A stretch of 55,389 nt of DNA from Myxococcota bacterium (GCA_039208735.1 JBCCQY010000051.1:1-55389), one strand, 5' to 3'. Shown: positions 41,793 to 52,141, counted from the first letter of the stretch. The notes: a model not told the origin generated them from the sequence alone. Program-made: numbers and translations.

Positions 41793-43436
41793 CTACCAGA
41801 AGCTCGCGAAACCTTCGGGGCGGGGCACCAGATCGGCGAGACCAGCACGTTCTGCGTGAGCCATGGCTGCGAAGACACTCGCCTCATCCCAAGCGTCTCC
41901 CAGCAGTTGCAACCCGACCGGAGTGCCGTCTACGAGGCCGATCGGAACGGTGCCTGCGGGCAGTCCGGTGAGGTTTCCAAGGAAACTGAAGCGCGTCATC
42001 GCCGCCGTGGCCCCGGTGTCGAGGATGGGCTGACGATCCTCGTTGGGCGAGTAGCGCGCGGCAGGAGTGGCCGTGGTGGGCATGGCAATCAGATCGACCT
42101 GGGTGAGGAGATCGGCGGTGGCACGTCGTAGTGCAGCGCGGGCCCGAGCGGCGGTCATGAAGTCCTGCGCGGGCACGAGCTGCATCATCCGCAACAGAAT
42201 CGCCAACTCGTCGCCGAATTGCCGGCCGTAGTCAGCGAAGTCTTCGCGGAGGTTGGCCGCGGTTTCTGTGGCGATGGTGAGGGCCCCTACTGCGTTGACG
42301 AGGCTTCCGAGCGCAAGGGACACGTCGACGAGGATGGCCCCTTCAGACTGCAGGGCAAGCAAGGCGTTCTCAACGCGCTGGACGACCGCAGCGTCGGCAT
42401 CGCGGAACTCCTCACGGAGCACACCAATCCGGCATCCTTTGAGGCCTCGCCCGAGCGCGGTTCGCCAGGGTTCGGCATCGTGACCATCTGGGGCAAAGCG
42501 AGTGAGGGGATCGTCGGGATCGATGCCTGCGGTGACGGCCAGCTGTTCGACACAATCGGCCACCGTCTGCCCGATGGGCCCGATGTGAGCCACCGACGAT
42601 GCGCCCCACTGATCGCCGGTCCGTCCAACACGGATGTACGTAGGCTTGATGCCGAACACCCCGTTGAGGCAAGCCGGGATGCGAACTGAGCCTCCACCGT
42701 CCGACCCGACGGCGGAAGGGCACAGGCCAAGCCCCGTTGCCACGCCCGAGCCCGTCGACGACCCTCCGGGGGCCCGTGTTTCATCGTAGGGGTTCCGCGG
42801 CCCCACTTGGTGCTGGAGGATGCCCGACGGGTTGAGACCCCATTCGGTACAGTGCGTCTTGCCCAAGACGATGGCCCCGGCTGCGGTGAGCTGTTGCACC
42901 ACCCAGGCATCTTCCGCCTGAAGATCGGTGCGGTAGGCGGTTCCCCCCAACGTCGCGAGTCCTCGCATGTGGAACTCGTCCTTGACCGGGATGATGAGGC
43001 CATCGAGGGGCCCTCGCGGAGCCCCCGTCTGCCAACGCTCGGCGGAGGCCTTGGCCGCTTCGTGGGCGCGCGGCTCGTCGATCACGACAAAGGGGGAGCG
43101 GGGTCCGAGTTCGTGGTGGTGTGCGATAACCTTCCGCACGACATCGACCGGAGAACCCCCGTCCGCAAAGAAGGCGCGCCACTGGCTTCCCGCCGTTCGC
43201 CCGCGGGTCACCGGGGGAAGTCCCAATTCTTGGTCGATCCACTGGTGAGGGGGGCGTCCGCCCACAGGAACGGGGGCGGGATCGATGGGAGCCAGCTGAT
43301 CGATGGGCAAGGCGGCCAGCTCATGCAGGTGGAAGTCACGCGACGCGAACGACCAGAACGCCCGCGCGAGGGTGGATTGAGCGAGGGCTTGGCGGAGCAG
43401 CCGGACGGGCCGCCCGACGAGGCGTGGCGTGGCCAA
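41793..43436 (-). CDS. Amidase signature family protein
   Basis: PVKD, GGSSTGS, GSDGGGSVRIPA (Ser-cisSer-Lys triad), GNLTGLPA; probable TTG start at 43436 after GGAGG. Confidence 0.92.
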   Translation of the reverse strand: MATPRLVGRPVRLLRQALAQSTLARAFWSFASRDFHLHELAALPIDQLAPIDPAPVPVGGRPPHQWIDQELGLPPVTRGRTAGSQWRAFFADGGSPVDVVRKVIAHHHELGPRSPFVVIDEPRAHEAAKASAERWQTGAPRGPLDGLIIPVKDEFHMRGLATLGGTAYRTDLQAEDAWVVQQLTAAGAIVLGKTHCTEWGLNPSGILQHQVGPRNPYDETRAPGGSSTGSGVATGLGLCPSAVGSDGGGSVRIPACLNGVFGIKPTYIRVGRTGDQWGASSVAHIGPIGQTVADCVEQLAVTAGIDPDDPLTRFAPDGHDAEPWRTALGRGLKGCRIGVLREEFRDADAAVVQRVENALLALQSEGAILVDVSLALGSLVNAVGALTIATETAANLREDFADYGRQFGDELAILLRMMQLVPAQDFMTAARARAALRRATADLLTQVDLIAMPTTATPAARYSPNEDRQPILDTGATAAMTRFSFLGNLTGLPAGTVPIGLVDGTPVGLQLLGDAWDEASVFAAMAHAERAGLADLVPRPEGFASFW

Positions 43437-43459
43437 GGAGCCTCCTAAGTAAGCGAGGT

Positions 43460-43741
43460 TTAGGGTCGACGCAGCGACAGCGGTTTGCCTTCCAGATCCG
43501 AGAACTCCATGAGCGGAGCTTGTTCGAGGTGCGTGTAGTCTACGATGACGCAGGTGCGCTCTGCCCCATCCGCAAAGGCGATCGTCTGGACATCCGCGAT
43601 CGGCACCCATCCGGGCCCTTTGAGATCCTCGGGAAGATCGATGGCTCCGCCGGCCACAGGCACGGTCGGGTCGGGCCGACCGGCCAACACCAACAGGTCA
43701 CGGTGGGGAACGTAGTAGACGCGCTGGACAAAGAAGGCCAT
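43460..43741 (-). CDS. Small hypothetical beta-rich protein (93 aa)
   Basis: MAFFVQRVYYVP... fills the gap between the amidase and the divergent ABC gene; coding-like composition. Confidence 0.55.
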   Translation of the reverse strand: MAFFVQRVYYVPHRDLLVLAGRPDPTVPVAGGAIDLPEDLKGPGWVPIADVQTIAFADGAERTCVIVDYTHLEQAPLMEFSDLEGKPLSLRRP

Positions 43742-43796
43742 GCCGCAAGATACGAGACGGCAGCACCGGCCGCGAGCCCGAGGGAGGCCTCGACCG

Positions 43797-45605
43797 TTGG
43801 GGGAATTGCAAACCACCGCATCTGAGGCACCGGACCAACGTGAGTTCGGTGTTGATGGCGCATTTACGTCGAATCGAAGTTCGCCATTTCGGTTCGTGCT
43901 GTCGCACCTGTGGCGGCACCCATGGCCGATCGTGGGGTTCGTGACCTGCGTGCTCACGCTGGCCGTGTTGACCTCCACGCTGCCTCGGCTCATTGGCTAT
44001 GCCTTTGATGCGGTCGTGGCGGGGGAAGCCGACCGTCTGTGGCCACTTGGCCTGCTCATGATCGGCGTGTCGACGACGCGCGTCATCGTGGATTTGGGGG
44101 GAAGCTTCCTCGTCGAATGGACGGGTCAACGCCTCGAACGCAACGTTCGCGACGACCTGTACGTCGCGCTCCTCGGCAAAAGCCAGACGTTCCACGATCG
44201 CCAACGCGTGGGTGATGTCATGGCGAGGGCAGCCAACGACGTTCGGCAGTTGTCCTCGATGATGAACCCTGGCGTCTCGCTCATCGTGGAGTCGGGCCTC
44301 GCGATCGTGGTTCCCGTGGTGTTCATCGCTACGATCGACCCGCGTCTGGTCGTGGCACCACTGGCGTTTGTCGTGGCCTTTGGGTGGGCCCTGCGCGCCT
44401 ACATGAACCGCCTGCAACCCGTGTCGGGGGCCCTGCGCGCTCGCTTCGGAGAGATGAACGCGGGACTCAACCAGGCGGTGACGGGCATCGAGGTCGTCAA
44501 AGGGCAGGTCCAAGAGACCGCTGAGCTCGATCGCTTCGTGGGCGACGCCACGCGCTACCGCGACCAGTTCGTGGAGCAGGGGCGCATCCAGGCCCGCTAT
44601 CTGCCTGTGTTGTTGTTGGGATTGGCGACCGCGGGCGGGTTTGCGCAAGGGCTCTACCTGCTGGCCAACGGTGCAATCACGGTGGGCGACCTCGTGGCGT
44701 TCGTTGGCCTCATGGCCACGCTGCGGTTTGCTGCGTTCATCTCCATTTTCACCTTCTCGTTGGTGCAGCTCGGCATGGCCGGGGCTCAACGGATTCTCGA
44801 CCTCGTGAAAGCCCGGACGGAACTCGATGAGAACCGGTCGGGCCATGTCGCAACCGTGTCGGGCGCGATTGCGTTTGAGGAGGTCTCGTTCGCGTATGCC
44901 CCCGACAAGCCGGACGTCCTGCGGGACGTGTCGTTCGCACTGCACCCGGGTCAGACCGTCGCCATTGTGGGCCAAACGGGGTCCGGCAAGTCGACGCTGA
45001 CCCAGCTCGTCAATCGGACCTACGATCCCACCGCTGGCACGATCACCATCGATGGGGTCGATCTGCGCGAGTGGAACTTGCAGAGCCTCCGCGAACAGAT
45101 CTCGGTCATCGAACAGGATGTCTTTCTGTTCTCAAGATCCATCGCCGAGAACATTGGGTTTGGCCTTGGAGAGCGTGCCACGCCCGAAGCGATTCAAGAG
45201 GCGGCGAAGCTCGCGCAGGCCCACGACTTCATCCTCGAGTTTGCCGAGGGCTACGACACAGTGGTGGGGGAGCGTGGGGCAACGTTGTCGGGAGGGCAGC
45301 GTCAACGCATTGCGATCGCGCGAGCGTTACTCACCGACCCGCGCATCCTCATCATCGACGACAGCACCTCGGCCGTCGATAGTGCGACCGAAGACCGAAT
45401 CCAGCGCGCCATCGGGGCCGTGCGTCGAGGACGGACCACGCTCATGATCACCCATCGGCTCTACCAGATTCGACGTGCGGATTGGATTTTGGTGCTCGAG
45501 CGAGGTCGCCTCGTTGAGCAGGGCCCCCACGACGTGCTCATCGAGCAAAGCGAACGGTACCAACGCATCTTCGCCCGCGTCCCGCGCACAGGCACCGACG
45601 GTTGA
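43797..45605 (+). CDS. ABC exporter half-transporter (TMD+NBD, MsbA/TM287-like)
   Basis: Six-TM region, GQTGSGKS, LSGGQRQR, Walker B IIDDSTS, ITHR. Start uncertain; TTG 43797 follows GGGAGG. Confidence 0.92.
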   Translation: MGELQTTASEAPDQREFGVDGAFTSNRSSPFRFVLSHLWRHPWPIVGFVTCVLTLAVLTSTLPRLIGYAFDAVVAGEADRLWPLGLLMIGVSTTRVIVDLGGSFLVEWTGQRLERNVRDDLYVALLGKSQTFHDRQRVGDVMARAANDVRQLSSMMNPGVSLIVESGLAIVVPVVFIATIDPRLVVAPLAFVVAFGWALRAYMNRLQPVSGALRARFGEMNAGLNQAVTGIEVVKGQVQETAELDRFVGDATRYRDQFVEQGRIQARYLPVLLLGLATAGGFAQGLYLLANGAITVGDLVAFVGLMATLRFAAFISIFTFSLVQLGMAGAQRILDLVKARTELDENRSGHVATVSGAIAFEEVSFAYAPDKPDVLRDVSFALHPGQTVAIVGQTGSGKSTLTQLVNRTYDPTAGTITIDGVDLREWNLQSLREQISVIEQDVFLFSRSIAENIGFGLGERATPEAIQEAAKLAQAHDFILEFAEGYDTVVGERGATLSGGQRQRIAIARALLTDPRILIIDDSTSAVDSATEDRIQRAIGAVRRGRTTLMITHRLYQIRRADWILVLERGRLVEQGPHDVLIEQSERYQRIFARVPRTGTDG

Positions 45606-45611
45606 TCCGAG

Positions 45612-46688
45612 GTGTCCGACGTCGTTCGCTTTGGCCCTTACGACCTCGTTCGCCCGATCGGTGAAGGGGGCATGGCGCAGGTCTACCTCGCCGAGCGACG
45701 ACGTCCGGCCACGTTCGAGGTGCCGCGGGTGGTGCTCAAGGTGGTGCGTCAGGAGCTGTTGTCGGATGATGTGGTAGTCGGGATGTTCCTCGAAGAGGGG
45801 CGGCTGCTCGCGCGATTGCGGCATCCCAACGTGGTGCAGGTGATCCAAGTCGATGTGCTCAACGACATCCCCTACCTGGTGATGGAGTACGTCCATGGGC
45901 CCACGCTGTACCAGATCCGCCGAAGGGTGGGGCGTCCTGACGAGGCATCGCTGGGGCGACTGTTGCGCATCGTGGCCTCGGCGTGTGAGGGCCTGCACCA
46001 TGCTCATACCGCCGATCTCGGAACCGGCGCTCATGGCGTGGTTCACCGTGATGTGTCGTTGCAGAACATCTTGGTGAGCGCGGAGTCGGGGACCACCAAG
46101 CTCATTGACTTTGGCATCGCGAAGGCCCCGGACTCCGAATGGGACACGGACCACGGATTGTTGCGAGGCAAACTTTCGTACCTTGCCCCCGAACTCATTT
46201 ACGGGGCCTCGGCCACTGCGGCGAGCGACGTCTTCGCGGTGGGAGTCATCGTGCACTGGTTGGTGTTGGGTCGCATGCCCTACGCGTCCACCGTGCCTCT
46301 CGAACAGCGGGCTCGCGCCTTGCCCTCCTCGCTACCCGGGGTGCCCGAAGATCTGGCGCACATCCTGCGCAGTGCCATGGCGGCGGAACCCGAAGCCCGG
46401 CCTACGGCCGATGAGCTGTCACGCGCGCTGCACGACGCGGCGACGGACCGTGCATGTCCGCCGCATGCGATTCAATCGTTTGTCAAAACCGTTTTTCCGC
46501 GCGGAGAGGAAGACTGGCAGCACCTTGTGCGTCCGGTCGCGGAACACGGGACCCTCGCTCGGCTCGCCTCGGCCTATGCCCGGACGAAACGACTGTGGCG
46601 GCTCGCAATTGTTGCTATCATTGCGGCGCTACTGGCGGTTTTGGTTGTGGGGTTGACCGCGCTCGGGTTCATCGTGGCTACACCTTGA
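45612..46688 (+). CDS. Ser/Thr protein kinase with C-terminal TM
   Basis: GEGGMAQVY, VVLK, HRDVSLQN, DFGIAK, GKLSYLAPE, SDVFAVG. Confidence 0.93.
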   Translation: MSDVVRFGPYDLVRPIGEGGMAQVYLAERRRPATFEVPRVVLKVVRQELLSDDVVVGMFLEEGRLLARLRHPNVVQVIQVDVLNDIPYLVMEYVHGPTLYQIRRRVGRPDEASLGRLLRIVASACEGLHHAHTADLGTGAHGVVHRDVSLQNILVSAESGTTKLIDFGIAKAPDSEWDTDHGLLRGKLSYLAPELIYGASATAASDVFAVGVIVHWLVLGRMPYASTVPLEQRARALPSSLPGVPEDLAHILRSAMAAEPEARPTADELSRALHDAATDRACPPHAIQSFVKTVFPRGEEDWQHLVRPVAEHGTLARLASAYARTKRLWRLAIVAIIAALLAVLVVGLTALGFIVATP

Positions 46689-46745
46689 GTCCTGAACCCG
46701 TCCGTCACAAGTCCACATGAAGAGATAAAGAGTCGTGCGCCGGGG

Positions 46746-47714
46746 ATGTCGGGGGGCATCATCGAACGGGAAAATGCCCGAGAAAACCTGGGTTCAGGTG
46801 GTTCTGGGGCGGCCGCGGTACTCGAACGGTTGGGGCTGATCGTGCGCGCCGCCCTCGAGACCAACGTTGAAGTCGTGGATCGCCACAACGTGGTGATCCA
46901 GGGCCCTCACGTGCGCATCCCGAACCCGCGTCGTGTCGTCGATCTGCCGGCCGCGGCCCCCGAGGCTTCCCGCACCGGGCCTACGCCCGGCACGCTCGTC
47001 TATTCGGCGACCCGACTCGCCCTTGATTTGGCCTTTCCGGGCCGATTCACTCCAGGCCCTTCGCTGCAGTCGGACGTGGAGCGGGTGCTGTCGACCGAGT
47101 GGGCCCAAGAAGGCCGGCGCCGCCAGGCTGCGATTGCCCTTCTTGTGGAGTGCCTCGACGACAATCCGTACGCGCGGCCGAGTCCTGACCAAGTGCTCAC
47201 GCGGGCAGATCGCGTGGTCCACAACCAACCTGTCCTCGATTCGAGTTCGTCGCTCGCGGGGATGGTGCGGGTGCAGGCACCGCCCGCCACCGATGATCCC
47301 GCCCGTGTGGTGGTCCTCGCGGCTGTCGTGCTGTCGATTCTCGCGTTGGTCTTGGCCATCTTGATGCTTGCCGCCCTCGTGTTTCGCAACGATGGTGCGG
47401 CGACCGCGCTGCCTCAGCTGGGGGATGTCGTGCAGCCAGCCGCCCACCTTGCGGCGCCGACGCTCGCGAGCCCCGCTCCAACTGGCGAGACGGGCATGGC
47501 GATCGTGCTGCCACAGGGCCCGCCAGGGCTCGAGGAGGCTGAGGAGATTGAGGAGGCCGAGGACGAGTCTTCACCAAACGCGGAGACGAGCGACACGGCG
47601 AGTTCCGAAGCCGACGTTCCATCACGACCCGCGCCCGCGCCTGGGGTCGAACCGGTGTTACCGCCCGCGCCCTATCACCACGACGATCTGATCGATCCCT
47701 GGGGGCGTCGATGA
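46746..47714 (+). CDS. Membrane protein with degenerate kinase C-lobe-like N-terminus and acidic/Pro-rich tail
   Basis: LVYS and CLDDNPYARPS resemble kinase subdomains IX and XI; one TM; ends DDLIDPW. Confidence 0.6.
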   Translation: MSGGIIERENARENLGSGGSGAAAVLERLGLIVRAALETNVEVVDRHNVVIQGPHVRIPNPRRVVDLPAAAPEASRTGPTPGTLVYSATRLALDLAFPGRFTPGPSLQSDVERVLSTEWAQEGRRRQAAIALLVECLDDNPYARPSPDQVLTRADRVVHNQPVLDSSSSLAGMVRVQAPPATDDPARVVVLAAVVLSILALVLAILMLAALVFRNDGAATALPQLGDVVQPAAHLAAPTLASPAPTGETGMAIVLPQGPPGLEEAEEIEEAEDESSPNAETSDTASSEADVPSRPAPAPGVEPVLPPAPYHHDDLIDPWGRR

Positions 47715-48349
47715 TGCTCGGCTGGCTCGGCATGACATTGGCGTGGGGAGAGCCCACGGGCAGCCCGCCGGTCGAAGACGCAGGGGTTGAAGATCACCAG
47801 GCGATGTCCATCTTCGACAACGGCCGTCGGTTGTACGATGAGGGGCAGTACGAGCAGGCGATTGTGGCTTTCGAACGTGCCCTTGAGCTGTCCAGTCGAC
47901 CTGAACTGTACTTCGACATTGCCAATGCCAAAGAGCGGCTCGGCGATTTGCAAGGCGCCATCGACGCGCTCATGATGTACCGCATCTACGCCGAGCCCAT
48001 CGAACAGGACATCTTGAGAGCTCGGGTCGATGCGTTGCGGGCTCGCCTCGCTGCGGCCGAAATGCAGGCCCTTGAGCCTCCCCCGGTCGACCTCATGCAG
48101 CGCCGTCGCACGAGTGCCGCGTGGGCGCTTGCGGGTTTTGGAGGCGTGTTAGCGGCCGCGGGAGGAACCGTCGCAGCGGTCACCTACGCGCAAGGCCGAC
48201 AGTCGCTCGGTGAAGGCGACCGCGAGTCCTGGGAACGCATTCGTCCGGTCAACAATGCGGCGTTGGGCACCGCCCTCGGTGGCGTGGCGGTGGGCATTAC
48301 TGGCGTCACGCTCGCGTTCAAGCTCGGACAACCGGTAGAGAGCCAATGA
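47711..48349 (+). CDS. Exported TPR protein with C-terminal hydrophobic hairpin
   Basis: Signal peptide; GRRLYDEGQYEQAIVAFERALEL...LYFDIANAKERLGDLQGAI TPRs; ATGA-coupled. Confidence 0.82.
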   Translation: MMLGWLGMTLAWGEPTGSPPVEDAGVEDHQAMSIFDNGRRLYDEGQYEQAIVAFERALELSSRPELYFDIANAKERLGDLQGAIDALMMYRIYAEPIEQDILRARVDALRARLAAAEMQALEPPPVDLMQRRRTSAAWALAGFGGVLAAAGGTVAAVTYAQGRQSLGEGDRESWERIRPVNNAALGTALGGVAVGITGVTLAFKLGQPVESQ

Positions 48350-49497
48350 TGACGGTGTGGGTACTTGGACTGTTGGGATGCATCGGCCCTTGGCCCTCCT
48401 CGAAGGCCATCGAAGAGCCCCAGGTAGGCTTTCTCTACCGAGGCCCGGTCAACGACATGGGCTGGACCATGAGCCACGAAGTCGGTCGCGCTGAACTCGA
48501 AGCGGCCATTCCGACGGCCTCGACGCACGTGATGGCGGGGGTGACCCCATCCGATGCCATCGACGTGATTGGGCGATTCATCGAAAACGGTGACAACGTC
48601 ATTGTCGGCACGAGTGAAGACTTTGGCCCCGCTCTTCGCGCCGCGGCGCTCGACCACCCCGACGTTCGGTTCCTGTCGTGCGGAAGCTTCGATGAAGCCG
48701 CCAATCTCGGGAGTTTTGCGGGTCGACTCTACCAAACGAAGTACCTCGCTGGTTTGTTGGCCGCGTCGAGTTCATGCACGGGCCGCATCGGCTACGTGGC
48801 CTCGGTTTCGAACCCGGAATCGGTACGCCAAATCAACGCATTCACGCTCGGGGCACGGGCCATCGACCCCAATGCGATCGTGCTGGTGTCGTGGGTGGGG
48901 GTTCGTTGGAGCGTCGACCTCGAGACCGCGGCGACCGAGCGGTTGCTAACCGCAGGCATTGACGTGCTCACGAGTGGTACCGACACCGCGGTGCCCATCG
49001 AGGTGGCCAACGGGCGTGCGGCGACCTGCGGCAACGACGAAGTCGCCGTGCAGACCATCGGACATGGCTACACCGGAGCCTGTGAAGGGGCCGGGGCGGG
49101 ATGCCTGGCGGTCACGGCGTTCGAGTGGGGTCCCGTGTACGTCGACCTCCTCGAAGACATGCAGGCAGGCGTCTGGGTACCCGACGGCGACCGGTGGGAT
49201 GGTGTGCAGTCCACGCCAGAACAAGGGGTGGTCCAGCTTGCCAGCCTCGATCCACTGGTCGCCACGGCGACGCGGGTCGAAGTGGAGTTCGAGGCGGCTC
49301 AGCTTGGCGATACTCGGCCCTTGGCCACCCCGTTCGTCGGACCGCTATCCGACACGATGGGGATGGAGCGAGTGGCCGCCGAAGCGGTGCTCTCCGATGT
49401 GGGTTTGCGATCGATGTGTTGGTTTGTCGATGGCGTCCGGGACGTCACGGCTCCGGATGACCCCCAAACTTCGGTGCCCGCTCCCTGCTCACCGTGA
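48346..49497 (+). CDS. BMP family (PnrA/Med-like) substrate-binding lipoprotein
   Basis: Lipobox LLGC; VGFLYRGPVNDMGWTMSH, YLAGLLAA, INAFTLGA, WGPVY, WFVDGV. Confidence 0.88.
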   Translation: MMTVWVLGLLGCIGPWPSSKAIEEPQVGFLYRGPVNDMGWTMSHEVGRAELEAAIPTASTHVMAGVTPSDAIDVIGRFIENGDNVIVGTSEDFGPALRAAALDHPDVRFLSCGSFDEAANLGSFAGRLYQTKYLAGLLAASSSCTGRIGYVASVSNPESVRQINAFTLGARAIDPNAIVLVSWVGVRWSVDLETAATERLLTAGIDVLTSGTDTAVPIEVANGRAATCGNDEVAVQTIGHGYTGACEGAGAGCLAVTAFEWGPVYVDLLEDMQAGVWVPDGDRWDGVQSTPEQGVVQLASLDPLVATATRVEVEFEAAQLGDTRPLATPFVGPLSDTMGMERVAAEAVLSDVGLRSMCWFVDGVRDVTAPDDPQTSVPAPCSP

Positions 49498-50853
49498 CAT
49501 GGCGCGCGACGCGCCGTCGCGCCACTGACGTAGCGACGCGCGGGGACCTTCGGCGGTGTGCCGGATGGTGACGTGGGTGAAGGTCTTGTAGGGATCACCC
49601 CGAGGGGTCCAGGTTCCGGTGTTGAGGTAGGCGCCATCGTCGTCAACGAGATGGACGGGGTCGTGGCTGTGGCCCATCACGACAAACGGTACGCCGACGA
49701 GCTTTCGGACCGTCTTGGCCTGGCTCCGCATGGCCCGGCGGGGGTCGGTGGGCTCACGGGCGATGGCCGCGGCGGCGATGAGGAGCCCTAAGGGCGGCAC
49801 AAGCACCAACGCCGCGAGCGTCTGGCTGGCCGCGGGCACGAGCAGGGTGGCCATAAGGACCGTGGGAGCTGCCACAAGCAGCGCGACGCGGTCGCACATG
49901 AGGGCACGCAGCAGGCGTCCGAGCTGATTGGCGACGGGGGGACGCCACAGGTCCGACAGGCGATACAGCAAGCCCACATCGAGTCCCGCGGCCCGAGCGA
50001 CGTCTTCGACGCGGTCGGCGACTTTGGCCTGATGGCGCGTGACTTGGTCTGGCCCCAAGAGCCGGTAGTGTTCGAGGAGTCGCCTACACATGTCGAAGTA
50101 CGCGACGAAGATCTTGGACATGTGCAGGGGGCCTCGCGACGCCCACAGCTTCAGGTAGGCAAACGTGCCGCGGTGGACGACCTCGTGCACCTCGTCGCCG
50201 AATTGGCTGCCCAAGTACCGCAGCAGGAGTCCCCCGATGTTGGGATCGACTTCCACTTCGTCGATGACGGGCTCGAGGAGGTGCTCGAACGAGCAATACG
50301 GATCGTATTGATGACCGTGTTCGATCCAGGCCACGCCAGGCACGTACAAGAACCAAGGATGGAACGTCACCGCCTTGGCGATCGCATCGCCTGATTCAGA
50401 CGGATGGTCATGGCGCCAGCCTTCGACCACGCCTTCGGTAAAGACGCGCTGCACCGCAGGCCAACACAGTTCGATGTCGTGGTTGCCGATCACGATCGAT
50501 AGGGCGTGACCGGCGCCAACGAAGCGTCCTAAGCCGGCAAACACCGTGCTGTGGTGCTCGACCATCGCGCGCATCTTGATTGCCGCGGCGTCTTCTCGAC
50601 CGCCGAGTCCGTAACGGTGGTCGTGAGGATGAAGGTCATCGGGCACGCGCGGGGCTTGGTCGGGCAGCATCACGATGCCCACCATCTCGAGCATGTCGCC
50701 ATTGATCACCAATCGCCAAGGCCCGCCGTGGTCTTGGTGGTGATCGAGGAAGGCCACGAGCGCTGCCTCGAGCCCTTCCGTCGTTCGGATGGACCGACCC
50801 ACGTCTTCGCCCAAGTGAAGATCACTGACCACGAGCAGGTTGTGCGCCGCCAC
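49489..50853 (-). CDS. Calcineurin-like metallophosphoesterase with TM insert (LpxH-like)
   Basis: SDLHLG, NGD, GNHD, EHGHQYD, MGHSH, YLNTGTW. Confidence 0.88.
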   Translation of the reverse strand: MAAHNLLVVSDLHLGEDVGRSIRTTEGLEAALVAFLDHHQDHGGPWRLVINGDMLEMVGIVMLPDQAPRVPDDLHPHDHRYGLGGREDAAAIKMRAMVEHHSTVFAGLGRFVGAGHALSIVIGNHDIELCWPAVQRVFTEGVVEGWRHDHPSESGDAIAKAVTFHPWFLYVPGVAWIEHGHQYDPYCSFEHLLEPVIDEVEVDPNIGGLLLRYLGSQFGDEVHEVVHRGTFAYLKLWASRGPLHMSKIFVAYFDMCRRLLEHYRLLGPDQVTRHQAKVADRVEDVARAAGLDVGLLYRLSDLWRPPVANQLGRLLRALMCDRVALLVAAPTVLMATLLVPAASQTLAALVLVPPLGLLIAAAAIAREPTDPRRAMRSQAKTVRKLVGVPFVVMGHSHDPVHLVDDDGAYLNTGTWTPRGDPYKTFTHVTIRHTAEGPRASLRQWRDGASRAMSR

Positions 50854-50962
50854 GCCTCTCCTCCGCCCGACGCCGTTGGGCTGTGGCTACCACAACATGC
50901 AAGGACGACGGTCTGGCGAAGATGACGCGACGGCTTGGTAACCTCCGCGTAGCAACTGACGT

Positions 50963-52141
50963 TCAGTTGGGAACGTCGAGCTCAACGAGGACCGGACGAT
51001 GGTCGGAGCACCCAGCATCAGGAAGTTCCGCCTTGACAACCGGTAAATCTGGGGACGCGTAAACGTAGTCGATGCGAAGCGGCAGCCAATCGAACAGTGC
51101 GACGGTGCCGCCAAAGCCTTCGCCGCCCTGCTCCCACCCGTCGACCAGATGTTCGCGCAGATGAGCGTGCAAACTGGCATCTCGGGTCGAGTTGAAGTCT
51201 CCAGCCACCACGGTGGGGTCTTCGAACCGCGCTACCCGGTCGAGCAGCGCTGCGGCTTGGTCGGACTGTCCCCGAACGATTGCCGAGCCCTGTTCTCCTA
51301 GCTCCTGGAGTGGCTCGGCCTTGCCTGACGCGAGGTCTCTCACTCCGGAACGGAGCTTCTTGGCCACGTACTCGTACGGGTAGAGGTGTACGGCGAGGAG
51401 GTTGAACAGCACGCCGTTGTGTTCGACCTCAGAAAAGACGTAGTACCAGTCTTGATCATCGACGAAACGCTGGGCTTGTCCTGTTCGAACCGACCAATCG
51501 CCACGGGCACACGCGGCCAAGCCCCCTTGCTTCGAACCGGAGGTTGAAAGGTAGGCGTGTTGCGTGCAATCCATGCCCAGCGCTCGCTCAAGCCGCTGCA
51601 CATCGTCGCTCGACACCTCGAGCAAGGTCAGCACGTCGGCCTCGGATTGGGCGATGACTTCCACCGCGCAGGCAAAGGGATCGCCGTGGTCATCGGGTCC
51701 GCCCCACAGACGACGGAGGTTCCAACTCATCACCCGAACCGTTTCGCCTTCGGCGGTGACCCCCCGCGCGGGCCAGCTGGGTCCCCAGAGCACAGCTCCC
51801 AGCGCGATGACGGCGGCAAGCGCCGCGGGAAGGGCCCGACGGTCGGGAAACACCGACCACAACGCAAACACGACCAAGGCCGTGGTGAGGTAGAGGTACG
51901 GCAGCATGGCCACGGCGGCGGCGAGAAAGGCGGGAGGTGCCGACAGTTGGCGGCCGAGCACCGTCACCCCGGCCAACACGATGACCGTGGCCACGCCCAT
52001 TCCGGTGAGCACAAGGCCGACCACTCCGCCGTCGCGCCGTTTCACCCGGAGCCGCGTCTTGCGTCGTCGCCGGGGGCGGGGCGGAGGGGTGGCTTCGCCT
52101 TCGGCCGAAGGGGGCGCGGGCGTCTGGGGTTCTTCTTCCAC
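50963..52141 (-). CDS. Membrane-anchored endonuclease/exonuclease/phosphatase (EEP) family protein
   Basis: Three N-terminal TMs; MSWNL, LLEV, AGDFNS, RIDYVY, SDHRPV. Confidence 0.9.
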   Translation of the reverse strand: MEEEPQTPAPPSAEGEATPPPRPRRRRKTRLRVKRRDGGVVGLVLTGMGVATVIVLAGVTVLGRQLSAPPAFLAAAVAMLPYLYLTTALVVFALWSVFPDRRALPAALAAVIALGAVLWGPSWPARGVTAEGETVRVMSWNLRRLWGGPDDHGDPFACAVEVIAQSEADVLTLLEVSSDDVQRLERALGMDCTQHAYLSTSGSKQGGLAACARGDWSVRTGQAQRFVDDQDWYYVFSEVEHNGVLFNLLAVHLYPYEYVAKKLRSGVRDLASGKAEPLQELGEQGSAIVRGQSDQAAALLDRVARFEDPTVVAGDFNSTRDASLHAHLREHLVDGWEQGGEGFGGTVALFDWLPLRIDYVYASPDLPVVKAELPDAGCSDHRPVLVELDVPN

